DNA from: Ginglymostoma cirratum
Taxonomy: Eukaryota
Direction: 5' to 3'
Length of the DNA stretch: 64,000 nucleotides
Assembly (NCBI GenBank): GCA_024137785.1
Contig: JAHRHZ010000267.1
Span: 21,665,100 to 21,729,099 of the forward strand
The notes beneath the pieces are model-generated. The model was not told where the DNA came from. It ran no database searches and worked only from the letters and a program-made list of their open reading frames with translations. The position numbers were made by a program, and so were the translations under genes. Positions 37,701-50,800 of the stretch are shown here, in pieces. Each line of letters starts with the position of its first letter. The stretch's first letter is position 1.

Positions 37701-38269
37701 AAAAATATTAGTTTTAAGTTTACCTACCCGTGGAAGTAATCCCGGGATTGAACATAACATTCGATCATTAAGATTAATGTAATTTATCTCACAACTGTAT
37801 TTTAACTTTAATGCAGAGTAGTCATTGCTGAGGCAATAACATATGGGACTAAACCAGATTTTTTTTAATGTAGGTATGATTAAATCAGCAAGAATGGGGA
37901 CAAATAACTACTTGTTTAACATCAGCATATCTTTAAAGATTGAAGGATCAGGCAAACTCTTTAATTATCTAATTTCTAATCCACATTAATTGCATTCAAC
38001 TGCTTATGAAGTAGCATGATAGCTTTTTAATCATGAGTTATGATCTTTCCATTCCATTAATTTTTTGCATTTTTTTTCTTTCATACCGAAATGTTTGGCT
38101 GTTTATATGGCACTCATCATGCCTGAATCTAATTAATCAACTAACTGAGGGTCAATTCAACGAGTTAGTATTCAGAAGCCAAAGAAAATGTGCCCAGAGA
38201 GATAATAACTTGAGTGGTAGATTTTCAATGAAAAATACTAGAAAGATTATCATTACTGAAAGTTGGTAA

Positions 38270-39192
38270 ATTGGTCCAGATGGGATGCATCTTTTATTAT
38301 TGAAAGGAGCAATGGTAACAGTACAGGCAGAAGTGTGGGAAGGCTGAAGCATTGGTAATGTTATATTCTTCAGGAAAGGGAGAATGATAAACCAGAGAAC
38401 CACACAGCAGATGGCCTAACATAGCTGTAGGGAAACTGCTGAAAACTAGCGGAACTGACGCAAAATAAACTTTCATCTGGAAAGACATGGGCTAATCATG
38501 GAGAGCCAGACACGATTTGTTAAAGGCACATTGGCTCTGACTAACTAAACTAAACTATTGTATTAAGTACCAAGGAATGTTTACCAAATAATACAGTAGA
38601 TGTTTATTTGGACTTTTCAAAAGGTATTCAGTGATAGGGAATAAACAGTGTGGTGGATGGGGATTATCTGACTGGAATATGGTTTGTAATAGTGATCCTT
38701 AACATTTAACATCAGGTCTATTACTCTTTTTAGACTCAGCTGTGGACAGCAGCATTTTCAAGTTTGCAGATGATGTAAACTTGGCAAACTCGTAGATGGG
38801 GATGCTATAGACAATATGTATAATGGGTAGAAATATGGTGCATGGAGTTCAAGTGTGGTGATGATTAGAGAACTAACATGAAAATAGTGTCTTATCATTG
38901 TCAGTATTTTGACAAATGGGGGAAAGGTAAAAGGGCCATGGTGTCCACATTTCTAAATTATTAAACATGGCAGGGTAAGTTGATACGGTGTTTGCTAAAC
39001 CATATGGCTATTTAAGTTTATAAATCTAGATACAAAATACTAAAACTGGATCATGCATGAACTTTAAAAAATCACTGTCAAGGCAATGAGACAGTCTGAT
39101 GGATTGGGTGGAGAGAAGTTACTCCCTCAATCAGGTGTGTCAGTAACCAGAGGTCATAAAATTAAAAACATTGGGAGAAGATTTGGCGTAGA
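38270..39192 (+). mobile_element. Decayed CR1 RT, split by an antisense CR1 and resuming near 40292-40500
   Basis: ggtccagatgggatgcatc (GPDGMH), gatgtttatttggacttttcaaaaggtattc (YLDFxKAF), aagtttgcagatgat (KFADD). Confidence 0.72.
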
Positions 39193-40291
39193 ATGTAAGA
39201 ACATAAGAAGTAGGAGCAGGAGTAAGCAATTCAGCCCCTCGAGCCTGCTCCACTATTTAATATCCACAGCTGATCTCATTTCACCCACAACTCCACTTTC
39301 CTGCTTGCTTTCCATAACCGCTTAACCCATCACTAACTAAAAATCTGTCTATCTCCTTCTTAAATTTACTAGATCTCCTGAATCTACCACATCCTGGGGT
39401 ACTGAATTCCACGGATGCATAAACATTTGAGAGAAGAAAATTCTCCTCAACTCTGTTTTAAATCTGCTACCCCTTATCCTAAGACTAACATCTTGTTTTA
39501 GATTGCCCCACATGAGAAAACATCCTCTCTACATCTACATTGTCAAATCCCTTTAGGATCTTATATCCCAATTAGATCTCCACTCACTCTGCTAAACTCC
39601 AGAGAGTACAGGCTTGAAATGCCCAATAGCTGTTCATGATACAAACCCCTTACCTCTGCAATCAATCTATTGAACCTCTTCTGAACCGCCTCTGATCCCT
39701 CCTCATGTAAGAGGTCCAAAATTGTACTTAATATTCCATTTAAGTCTCACTAATGCCTTATACATTTGCAGCAATTCTTTATTACTTTTATACTCTGTTC
39801 ATTTAGAAATAAATGCCAAAATTACATTTGCCATCTTTATTACATGCTGTACTTGCATATTAATTTTCTGCAATTCATGCACAAGGATACCCAGATACCC
39901 TGGCACCAAAGCACTCTGAAATTTCTCTCTAGTTCAATAACAAGTTGCCCTTGTTTTCCTCCAGCCAAAATGGAAAACCTCACAGTCACATTAAACTTCA
40001 TTTGCTATTTTGGACTTTCCAAATGTCTGTTATTACTTCCTTAATAATGGATTCTAACAACCTCTCAATACTACATGTTAAACTAGCTGGGCCACAGTTT
40101 CCTAATATCGGACTCCTTCCCTTTTTGAATAAGGGCATTATGTTAGGATATTTTCAATCCCCTGGAACCTTTCCTGCATAAAGGAAATTTTAGAATATAT
40201 AACCAATTGATTCACTATTTCTGCTGCCATTTTCTATAACTCCCTAGGATGTAGGCCATCAGGCCCTGGGGACTTGTCTGCCTTCAATCCC
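39193..40291 (-). mobile_element. CR1 LINE, internally deleted, nested in another CR1
   Basis: Terminal taagaacataagaagtaggagcaggagtaagcaattcagcccctcgagcctgct; ends at catcaggccctggggacttgtctgccttcaatcc (reverse complement LKADKSPGPDG). Confidence 0.85.
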
Positions 40292-41445
40292 AAGAGGAAA
40301 TTAGGAGAAAATGTTCCAGTCTATTATCGCAAGATGGAATGCTCCACTTGGAATGGTGACAGATGTTGATTCAAGGATGACTTTAGAATAAAGTTGTTGT
40401 ACATGTAGTTGAGGATAAGGAACTTACATAATTATGGCTATCAAGCAAGGTTATAGAATAAAGGGCAAATGCTTTGTCAAAGAGTGAACATAGATGCTAT
40501 ACTGTAAATTTCTATAGTTTTTTTTAGAAAGATGGCCATAAGCTGTGATGGTCCTGTTGCAAGTGCCTACTTTTGCACTCTAAGGAAGTGAGTTTAATCA
40601 GTCTTTCTTTTGTGATTTGACCTGTTGACAATGTGGGAAGGATGGTAGAATGCTCTGTCTCATGGGAAATAAAATGTTTCATTGTTGAGTAACTCTATTG
40701 CAGTTAAATTATGATATTAACAATAGTTGCTTATTACACAGTATCCTGACTGCTCGGACAATTGAGTGATTTCAAAGTGAAATAATCATAGATTTAAAAA
40801 GTTTGACATCTTTATTTTTGAAAAGGAATTTAACATTTTAATTATCATCAGAACAAATTGAGTAAGAACGATAATTTCAAATCCAAAAAAAAGTTCTGTG
40901 ACATGTCATTTAAATCTCGTGCCTATCACTTATCGAACAGTGGCTGTTTGAATATGAAACAATGCATGACAGTACAAATAACTGGATGTATTTTAGCAAG
41001 AGTCAGAAGATTAATCAGATGTAAACTGTGTTGTGTACACTTGGAATTTGCCAAAATGACTGCCATTTTCATAGTACAAATCTTTACAACTGTTATCTTC
41101 AGTTACATATCAATAGCTTGACAAGATTATATGTCCCTCCAATATGGTTTACCATCACTTGTTTATACCAACTATCAATTTCAGATGCACTAAGATCATG
41201 ATACCAAGCACTGTGCATTTTCTAGCCAGCTGAGAGCTGGGCTAATTAAAATTCCATATGCCCAAAGTAGATTTCAGTCAGAATAAATAAAATGTACCTT
41301 TTATTGCTAATTGCTAAGATAAGCAAAAATTACCTTCTACCGTTGATGATCAAGTAGTGTAACTCAACCATCAAACAAAGTGTAGCATTTACAACGAGTT
41401 GCTGAAGCCATGAACATTAGCAAGCTCACGCAAACTATTACAGCG

Positions 41446-41645
41446 AATAAAAACAGAAACGGCTGGAGAAACACCGCAAGTCTGACAGTTAACGTCAGAA
41501 GTTTTGGAGAAGGCTTGAAGAAAGTTTTGAAATGTTAACTCTGTTTTCTCTTCACAGATCCTGCCAGACCTGGTGGATTTCATCAATAATTTCTATTTTT
41601 GTTTGTTTCACATCTCCAGCATCTGTAGTTCTTTGTTGTGATTTA
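41446..41645. mobile_element. Old PLE-derived family B palindromic element
   Basis: aaaaacagaaacggctggagaaacacc...gttaacgtc opposite gaaatgttaactctg...ccagacctgg...ctccagcatctgtagttc. Confidence 0.65.
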
Positions 41646-42214
41646 CTGAACGGACGAGTACTGGGTTTCATATGAGATATGAAACAAAGGCACTAAGTGC
41701 CTGTTTTTCAAGAGGTTGTTAAAATATTCCTACTTTTATCTTCCAAACAAGATAGGATGGTTTCCTTGTGACTGATAAACACAGTCTACAAGCAAACAAA
41801 AATGTCAAACAGATTCACTGACTTTTCACTGCTTATGTGGGAATGCAGCTGCACTGAAATTGACGGTTACACTTGGTGTGTAGAATGCATGTCGATTCAT
41901 TTCAAGAGTAACCATGTAAGTGTTAATCTTTCAATAGATTTAAGTGATGAATTATATCCAACTATCAACTTCAGTGCTGGAAAAACTAAAAGAAAAATAG
42001 AAATCCTGAGTGCATTTTCTTGGGACAGCTCGAGCTTGTACATTTCTTCCTCCCAATTGCTCATCTTGCAGTTTATTATAGATTTGCATGAACATTCTAT
42101 ACCATGGTAAGACAGCAAAATAAACTTTTGTATTACTTGGTGGAGGTCGGTGCAGGAATCTTTGCTCCGGCCTGATGGAAAGTGACACACTTAGCAACTC
42201 AGCCGGAGGAAGGG

Positions 42215-42835
42215 TTTGTTGGCCTTTACTTCAAAGGGAAGGGAACATTAAAAAAAAATCAGAAGTCTTGCTAAAATTAGGCACTATTTAGACCACACCT
42301 AGAATAAAGTGAAAAATTCGGGGCCCCTTATCATTGGCATTTGGAGGCATTCTAGAGAAAGTTCACTAGGTTGATCCCATGCATGGAGGGATTTGCTTTT
42401 GAGGAGTGGTTGTATAGGTTGAGCCTGTACTCACTGGAGTTGAGAAGAATGAGAGGTGACCTGATTGGAACATATACAATTCTTAGGGGGCTTAACAGGG
42501 TTGATGTAGAGAGGTTGTTTCAACCTTATATGAGATTCGAGGACCAGAGGGCATATTTTCAGAGTTAGAAGTCACCACTTGAGACAGAGACAAAGAGGAT
42601 TTTATTTTCTCGGGGGGTGCTGAATCTGTGGAATTCTTTTACTGCAGGGGGCTGCAGAGATTGGGTGATTAAAAATCTGTCCATTTCAACCTTGAATATA
42701 CTTAATCACAAATGAATCATGAGTTATACAGAAAAGACGAGTAAGGGGAATTGAGGATGATCAGATCAACCATGTTCTCTTTGACAGAGGAGACTTGATG
42801 GGTTGAATGGCCTACTTGTGGTTTTACTTCATGAC
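42215..42835 (+). mobile_element. CR1 3' portion with an internal micro-inversion
   Basis: IPCMEGFAFEEWLYRLSLYSLELRRMRGDLIGTYTILRGLNRVD; terminal gatgggttgaatggcctact. Confidence 0.88.
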
Positions 42836-44449
42836 TGTTTACATACAGTTTTAGTGGAGGTTTAGTGGCATTGTTATTTATGATAGCTGCGGTCCAGTAA
42901 GCATGTATGATTGACAAACTTGTATCTAAGCTCTCAATTTGCCAGCTTTACAGTCTATTAATGTTTAGGAGGATGCGAAAGCTTGGCAAGGGTGAGGATT
43001 TTTGGTTGTATTGGGATGAGGTGGTTGAAATGCAGGCAAAAATGCCAGAGACGACAGCCTTTTCTGAAGAAATCTAGACCTTTCAACTAAGCCAAACTAG
43101 ACTCAGAAAGTGATGCTTTGAAAATACTCTCTGGCTGAAAAAGATTGTTTCCCCACATCAACGTGGACATTTCATGACTCTGCATTAACGGCTTACTTCC
43201 CAACATCCTATCTCTTCCTCTGCAGTACATTAGTAGCTGTTGGGAGGAAGGATACAGATTTGAAAAACAAGTCTTGGGCCATGTCCAGCATTTACTGTTC
43301 ATTACAGAATGAAGGCGACTGCATCTTCATATACTACTCCAGCACACTCATTCATTTTTAAGTTATCTGACCATGCCAAAGGGTTGTAAGGAAGTGTGGA
43401 TCTTGGGATTACAAGTACCATTTAGCGGAATGGTGCTGATAACCCTTTATCCTCCTTTTGGTTTAGTTCAGTGACTCCATTACTAGCTTAAAATTATCAA
43501 AACCATTTGAAGGGGTTAGAATTCCACTTTGATATCTCTGGTACATGGATGAATGTTTTTGCATGAAATTACTATTTTTGATTTTGACAATCACGACCTG
43601 GCTTATTATAAACAGATTCACATCTTAATCCTGGCGGCAACCAGAAACTTCATAGAAGTACACAAACACAATTGCATACAAATGTTGCATAGCCTTACCC
43701 TTAAAGAGGTTATTTATCTAAAAATCTTTCTGAATGTTAACACAGGAACATGCTGGCAACCAAAACAAGGTTGTGATAAGGACAGGTCTTAGTGATGCTC
43801 TCCAATGTACTCACTTGCAGGACATTCAGGATAACTGTGAGTTTAAGTTGGAAGTGCAAGATGAATGGGCAGAGACCAGTGGTATTTTAAGAAAAGTTTC
43901 AAAGAAAGGTCTCATCTTATGTGAACTAATAAGCTTTAAAGGAAAGTTAACTCTTTTCCAATAGAAATAGAAAACTTGAAATCCATATCTTAAAACAAAA
44001 GAGGGAAGAGAAAAGTTCTTTGTGGGTAATCAAGAGAACAGACATAGGATATGATGGCTGGAAAATAAAGTGACTGCTGACTATGGGTCAATAAAGTAGT
44101 AGGTACATTACACTTGTCACATTTGCTGGCTTGGACTATAAACTCAAAGATTAGCTTCTTTAACTCCAGTTTGATACAATATAAACAATTAGTATAATCC
44201 TAGCACCTATAGAATTAAATAGTGTACTTTCAAACATTAAAATAGTAGATTCTGCTTCAAAGGTCTCAATATAAAATAATAAGGAGTTTGTCAGAATAAA
44301 TCCTGCATTTGTGTCTAAAGACAGACGACAGATTGAACTGGATGCCTTTTCTGGATCATACTCTTAAGTTTCTGGATTTCCAATGCAACTTAGACTGATA
44401 TGTTTTTAGTGGTGTACTTTTGGACATATTTGAGATGATTTTTTATTTC

Positions 44450-44816
44450 TCATTCTTGCTTTCAAATCTAACTGTGTCCTCACTCCTCCCATCTTTGTAA
44501 TTACCTTCAGCACCACAAACTTTGCACTCACGTAATTATGGTCTTTTGGACAGCTCTGATTTTAAATGTTCCACCACAGGTGATCACAACTTCAGGTGCC
44601 TGGGCCCAAAGCACTGGAATTACCTTCCAAAATATCCCTTACCCTCTACTTCTATTTCATCCTTTAGGATAATAACTGAACCTTGTACCTTCACCTGGAA
44701 TCATCTGGCCACACATCTCCTTATGTGGCTAGGTATCCAGTTTATTTGATAACACTGCTGTGAAGTACATTTTACTGTTATAAAAGTACATTATAAAATA
44801 CAAGCTATTATTGTTG
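44450..44816 (+). mobile_element. L2-type LINE 3' end
   Basis: ttcaggtgcctgggcccaaagcactggaattaccttcc (F-x-x-x-G-P-K-x-W-N-x-L-P) and tail ctgtgaagtac...ataaatacaagctattattgttg. Confidence 0.65.
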
Positions 44817-44837
44817 CAAACTACAGAATACACTCAT

Positions 44838-46100
44838 TGGGCAGAATCTTCCCAGGCCCTGCATGGCTTGGGCTAATAGCAAGAAATTTCAGACCATCCC
44901 ATGAGATGTCAAGTGAGGAATTTCCCAATGTCAAGGACAACGTGCATTTTCCAACCAAGTCCTAGATTCTTGCTAATGAGTATGAGACCCTTTTTCATGG
45001 GGATTACTGTTCACTATCATCCCCATTACTACCTAATCACGCACCGTCTATATGCAGGATTAGGTTCTCCTACCCACCAGATAGAAACTAGACACAAACA
45101 GATCTCAACATGAAAGTCTGAGGGGGTGCCCTGCAACTCCCTCACACCTTCATTTTGGCTAATATCTCAGGGTATGCTCCACAGCAGCAACCAGATGCAG
45201 CCCATGTCCACGGACGTTGACATCTGACAGATGCCAGTGTCACTTCCTCATCACGGCACATCTCTGATCCACTTACAGTCTGCTTTGGCACTGCCCAGCA
45301 GCATTTTGCAGCATATTGGCACCTCTCTCCAACACACAGACAGGACCAGGCTAAACCTCAGGGCTGCTGACACTGTCTCTTAACATGCAATCACTTTGCA
45401 CCTACCTGAATGCTCACACTGTCCCTGCCTCGCTTTGCCTTTTCAGCATTTTGAACTCCTCATTGAGACCTTAAAGGCTCGCAGTCCATCTGAAAGTTGA
45501 TGAGCTGGGACAGTGGCTGAAGTTTTCTGAGGACGACAAGGGGGTCATGACCAGGAGGGGCACGACCTTCTGCACAGGACGCATTCCAGCCTCAGGCACT
45601 AGAAACCACACGGGTTTTAATCGGCACTGAGTTCCAGGAGATGAGAGCTGAATGCAATAATCACTGACTGTAAAATTGCTGGCGCTCAACATGCAGTTCA
45701 TTTCTGTTCAGAGAGGCAAGGCAGCTTCTGCTTGTTTGATTTCGGTTTGTGAATAACGGTGAAGGTTTTGAATTGTTTAATGTATTCCCTGTATATGGTG
45801 GTCCCACATTGAACAATGTTACAAGTCTGGGCTATGATCTGCATTGCGGAAAGAGTAGCAGGGAGTTAATTTACACAGTGTGGCCTAATGCTTGCCATAA
45901 GAGGCATTGATTGTGGTTGCTGTGCATAGCTGGGGGGCAAAGATGGCAATAATGCCAGGAAACCCCAGCAGAGGGCAGGTTCTTCAGGCTATGGCATATG
46001 GGAGGATCAGGCTACCATTGGATGAGAGGGGTGCCATGGGGGTAGTTAGCTGACAGGATGAATTTGGGCGAGAGACTGAGAACACTTGGTAGCCCTCATG
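44838..46100. mobile_element. Putative decayed Harbinger-like DNA transposon
   Basis: Starts gggcagaatcttccc (GGGC-type terminus); GC-richer composition; only weak protein similarity. Confidence 0.3.
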
Positions 46101-47540
46101 GAAAGAAACTTTCATGAAGCTCAGTGATTCGTAGCCAAACTGTGCAAAGGTTCAGTCTTTTGTCCAGAGCAACTTAACCTGTTTAATTACGTCAGCTGAA
46201 TTCAATAACACATTTATTTGTCAGGTTCATGATCCAGACAGAATGTCCAAAACCCTATTTACTAGAGTTAATAGTCAGTGAATCAATAACATGTTAGCAA
46301 TTGTCTTGAATTCAGGGATTCAATGAAACTTAGCTCTTTGTTATTTTAGATTTAAACTGCGTAAAGATCTTCACTTAAGTAAAAATCCCTTAGGAAAAAC
46401 AAGCCAACAGTAAATGCTTCCTATTTGTTAAGCAGTCAATAGTAACAGATTACTTACTTTTAGGTATAGTGTCTGTCATCTGTCAAATTTGGCTCTACTT
46501 CTAAATTGTGACAACTTGCCTCATCTTTAGGAGTAGAATTTTTCACTTTCCAAAACGTCAAGACAATTTGTTTGGAGAATGATTGGGAGTGCTGGTCCCT
46601 CCCATGGAATTTTTAACCCCGTGCTATGCGAATTTTATTTCCCTTTCTTGGAAGAGTGCCCCCATGTGGTCTGTATCAGTTACTTCCAACCATGAACAGC
46701 AGGCAGCTGATGTTGCGACCGGAAATTCAACATCAGAAACTAGCAATGTATTAAATCCTTTACAAGGGTTGAATAAATTCCCCATAATTACACAATAAAT
46801 ATACAGTCACTGATTACACATAAACATATAAACAACAGATTAGACAATAGGTAGAATATATACTATTTAATATGTTTGCCATTCTTCAGTTCATACTCAT
46901 GCGCGACAGAAAATCTTCTTTGCAGCTGACAGCAATGGAGTATGCATTCTACCAATGGTCCAGCAATACTTTGTTTGGTAACAAGATACTAACACTTGGG
47001 CTTCCACTGGAAACAGAACTATTTAATCTACCAGGATCAAAGAATGGCACAGCAGGATGGAAAGGGCTATATTGCCTATGCTTTTCCTTTGTGTCAAATG
47101 CTGGCAGTTTTCCTTCTGTTTACATGCCAGAGGAACGCTTGTACTTTTTCGTATATTTAGACAATTATAAAATGAGAGGAAAAAATATAATGATAAATCC
47201 TGAGACTGTTGAAATTCAGACATTATCTTTGAAAAAGAAGTAAAGTTGAGGTTGATTTTTGAGTACAACAGCATTCTTGTACCAAGAGATGGAGGTATGT
47301 TGTGTGTGTAACCCTGGTCACCCATTTACCTTGCTGGCACATGGCAGTTTTCAATGTCCCACTAAGCAAAAGGACAAGGCAATAGCTTGCATAAAACAAT
47401 TGTAAAGGAGGTCTAATTCTTAACAAAATAGATACTAGGTTATATTGCATGCATCAAACACTCCTTTTGGAAAGACTGAAAGAGCCGTCTCTGTACCATA
47501 ATGTATAAGGATTGTAAATACCAGGGTTCAAAATATGTTT

Positions 47541-47737
47541 AATAAAAACCAAAAGAACTGTGGATGCTGTAAATCAGGATCAAAAACAAAGTTGCTGGAA
47601 ATTAACGTTTCGGGTCCGGTGACCCTCAGAAGAGTTCTGAGTTCTGAGGAAGGGTCGTCGGAGCGGAAATGTTAACTCTGTTTTCTCCTCCACAGATGCT
47701 GCCAGACCTGCTGAGCTTTTCCAGCAACTTTATTTTT
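47541..47737. mobile_element. PLE-derived family B palindromic element with two degenerate HHRs and 15-bp TSD
   Basis: ttaacgtttcgggtccggtgaccctcag (minus HHR) and gagttctgaggaagggtcgtcggagcggaaatgttaactc (plus HHR); TSD gttcaaaatatgttt (47526-47540) and gttcaaaataagttt (47738-47752). Confidence 0.82.
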
Positions 47738-47837
47738 GTTCAAAATAAGTTTCTCTTTTGAGAATTTCTCCAGAGGTATTTTTAGTTCTCACCAAGTCTT
47801 TTATTGGGTGATGCAGTTATATACGAACAACACTTCT

Positions 47838-48101
47838 CGTATTTTTGCTGACATAGAGGGTACTTGGATTCACAAAGAAATGGAATTAGAAGAATTCATC
47901 AATATCTTCAATAATTATCACTATCCCATTAAAAATAATGCCACAATGCATAAGGAAAGTATTAATTTCCTCATCACTACAGTATTTAATTTGCCACAAG
48001 ACATCGGACTAAGATCACAACAAAATTATATTGTCAAAAAAAGACGCAACCTTCTCCACACAAAAAGCCATCACCCTAAAAATGCTTTCCACGGCTGCTA
48101 A
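47838..48101 (+). pseudogene. Decayed Penelope-like reverse transcriptase fragment (catalytic motif to thumb)
   Basis: RIFADIEGTWIHKEMELEEFINIFNNYHYPIK...ESINFLITTVF...LLHTKSHHPK fits the PLE pattern RYxDDIFxIW...LxxFxxxxNxxHPxIKF...INFLDxxV...LHxxSxHP; catalytic DD lost. Confidence 0.7.
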
Positions 48102-48934
48102 CACCACAGCTAAATAGGTGCATGTTTGTCTTTAAGACACCTTAAATAATACAACAAATGTGAGATGCTTTTAGATGTGAGAACAGATTAATGCAAATCT
48201 TTGTGAAATAAAACTGTTCGGCATTAAATTATCCGATTAGTACAATTGCAGCCATTATTCCTTTGTAAAAATGGATATGATATTATTCCTCCCTTTGCAT
48301 TCCCTCTACTCCTTGGAGTGCTTCCTTCCCACTTCTTCCTTCTAGCTCCTCTTTACACCTTCTCTCTACCTTTGTTGTTTCTCCCCAACTCTTTGCAGCT
48401 TGTCTCCCTTCCTTTGCTGTTTTTCTCATCCTTTGGCAGCTCCTCTTCCCCTTTTTCAATTCCTTAGCAGCTCTTCTACACCTCGTCAGTCCCTTTTTCT
48501 CTTCGACCGTCCTAGCCCCCAGCTTCCTTCCCATCAGTCCAATGGCACAGCAGCTTGTGCCTCTTTTCCTTGTTGCCACACCCTCAGGCCCTGTGACCTC
48601 CAACCCTGCTACTTGTACCTCTGCTGTCATCAGTCTGGCCTCTCCTGTGTTTGTCACCGAAACGCTCCTGTATATTTTGAGCGTTGGTATACAGCTTTTC
48701 AGCTCTTTCTGTAAGAAACATACGTTGAGGTCCTCCCAAACACTGGACACATGACTTTTTCCAGACCTGCTGAGTTTCTCCAGCAATTTCTGTTTAAGTA
48801 GGCATGTGCATTGTGAGGAAGATGTAAAGTGGCTTCAGAAGGATTTGGAAGGCTTAGTGAGTGGGCTGGAACATGGCATCATGACATAACTTTATGATGT
48901 GTCTTCAAAGTAGCTTCCCAAAAGATTGTTATCA

Positions 48935-50070
48935 TGACATCAGGAGTGCCACAATATGAGCAATTAACCAATCACAGGATAGGAAGGAATGTGCTGGCAT
49001 GGATGACTGACTGTCTGTTAAGCAGCGAGTAAGAATAAACAGGTCATTCTCACATTGCCAGGTGATGACTAGTGGGATACCACAAAGACCAGTACTTAGG
49101 GCCTCGCTGTCCAAAACATACATCAATGATTTGGAATTGGGGACGAAGTGTAATATTTCCAAAATATACAGATGATACAACGCTAGGTAGGAACTGCAAA
49201 ATACTAAAACAAAGAACTGCAGATGATGGAAATCTCAAACAAAAACAGGTATTGTTAGAGAAACTCAGCAGGTCTGGAAGAATCTGTGGAGAGACTGCAG
49301 AGTTAATATTTCGAATCCAGACTTCATGTTCTGACGAAGGGTCACTGGACTCGAACATTAACTCCGTTTCTCTCTCTCCACAGATGCTGGCAGACCTGCT
49401 GAGTTTCTCCAGCAATTTCTGGTCATGTTTAAGTAGGAATGTCTGCTGTGAGGAAGATGTAAAGTGGCTACAGAAGGATTTGGATAGGTTTAATGAATGG
49501 GCAGGAACATGGCAGTGGAAGATAATGTGGAAAATGTGAGGTTATCCATTTTGGCTGGAGAAAACATTGGTGCAAAGTGTTTCTTAAAAGGAAAGTGGTT
49601 GGAAACTTTAGATGTACAAAAGGGACTTAGGTGTCCTTGTTGCTAATTCACCAAAGGCTGGTGCAGCAACCTAATGGGTAAGCTTATAGAATGTTAGCCT
49701 TTAATACAAGAGGATTTGAGTACAGGAGCAGTGGAGTCTTGTTTCAATTGGAAAATAGCTTGGGTGGAGCACACACAGTACTATATGCATTTATCATCTT
49801 TTTATCTCAGGAAAAGATATTATTGCCACGGACAGCGTGCAATGAAGGTTCACCAGACTTGTTCCCACTATGATAGAACTATCCTTTAACGAGACATTGG
49901 GCAAACTTGGTCTAAATTCGATAATGTTAAGAACAGCAGGTAATCTCATTGAAACTTACAAAATACGTAAACAGATAGATGCCGGAAAGATGTTTCTCCT
50001 GGTTGGGGACTAGAGAAACTGGGAGCACAATTTAACAGTAAGGGAACTATCACTTTAGTTTGTGATGAGG
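48935..50070 (+). mobile_element. CR1 RT to near 3' end, interrupted by a PLE-derived element
   Basis: agtgggataccacaaagaccagtactt (SGIPQ), KYTDDTTLG, EEDVKWLQKDLDRFNEWA. Confidence 0.85.
49200..49423. mobile_element. PLE-derived family B palindromic element
   Basis: Inverted arms gagaaactcagcaggtctg and cagacctgctgagtttctc; HHR motif ctgacga-agggtc-actg-gactc-gaacattaactc. Confidence 0.8.
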
Positions 50071-50800
50071 AACTCCACAGACTCACTACTCTCTGAAAGA
50101 AGAAACTCTTCCTCATCTCTGTTTTGAATGTGTGACCTCTTATTCTGAGATCGTACCCTCTGATCTTAAGACACTCACCAGAATGGTGAGCCCTCTAAGA
50201 ATCTTTCACGTTTCAACAAGGTCTCCTATCATTCTCCTAAATCCCAATGAGTACAAGCCCAACCTTCTCAACTTCTCCTCATAAGAAAGAACTCCATACC
50301 CTTTGAAATAAGGGCCAACAGCCTTCCCGATTAACCACCGAACTTGAACTTATTGTGCTTCATGCACTAGAACCCCCAAGTCTGTCTAGTTTGTAACTCT
50401 GGAGAATGTCTTCAGTTAAATAACATTCAGCTCTTCCTGCCAAAGTGAACTGCCTCACCTTTTCCAAGATTAGATTCCATTTGCCAAGGTTTTGCCCATT
50501 CACTGAAGCTGACTATATCCGTCTGTAGATTCCTTGTATCATACTCATTACTTGCTACCCACCTATTTTTCTCTCATCTGCAAAATTTGCAACAGTACAA
50601 AATTTGCTTGCTCCATGAAAGTCATGAACACATATTGGAAATAATTGCAAAGACAGATGCAAAATGTGTTCTGCCATTTCCTGGCTTCCCATTATTAAAT
50701 CCCAGCCTCATTTTCTGAGGGCTGATGATCAGCGTTGCCTCTCCCTTTTTACAATATTTAAAGAAGCTCTGACTGTCCATTTTTATGTTACCTTCTAGTT
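50071..50800 (-). mobile_element. Decayed CR1 fragments
   Basis: tcatctgcaaaatttgc (reverse complement KFADE); cttctcctcataaga (reverse complement SYEE); HFASVF. Confidence 0.7.

Noticed and set aside
48283-48786. 167-aa ORF, the longest in the window
   Set aside because: Arises from a low-complexity purine-rich strand plus a repeat arm; no domain recognised
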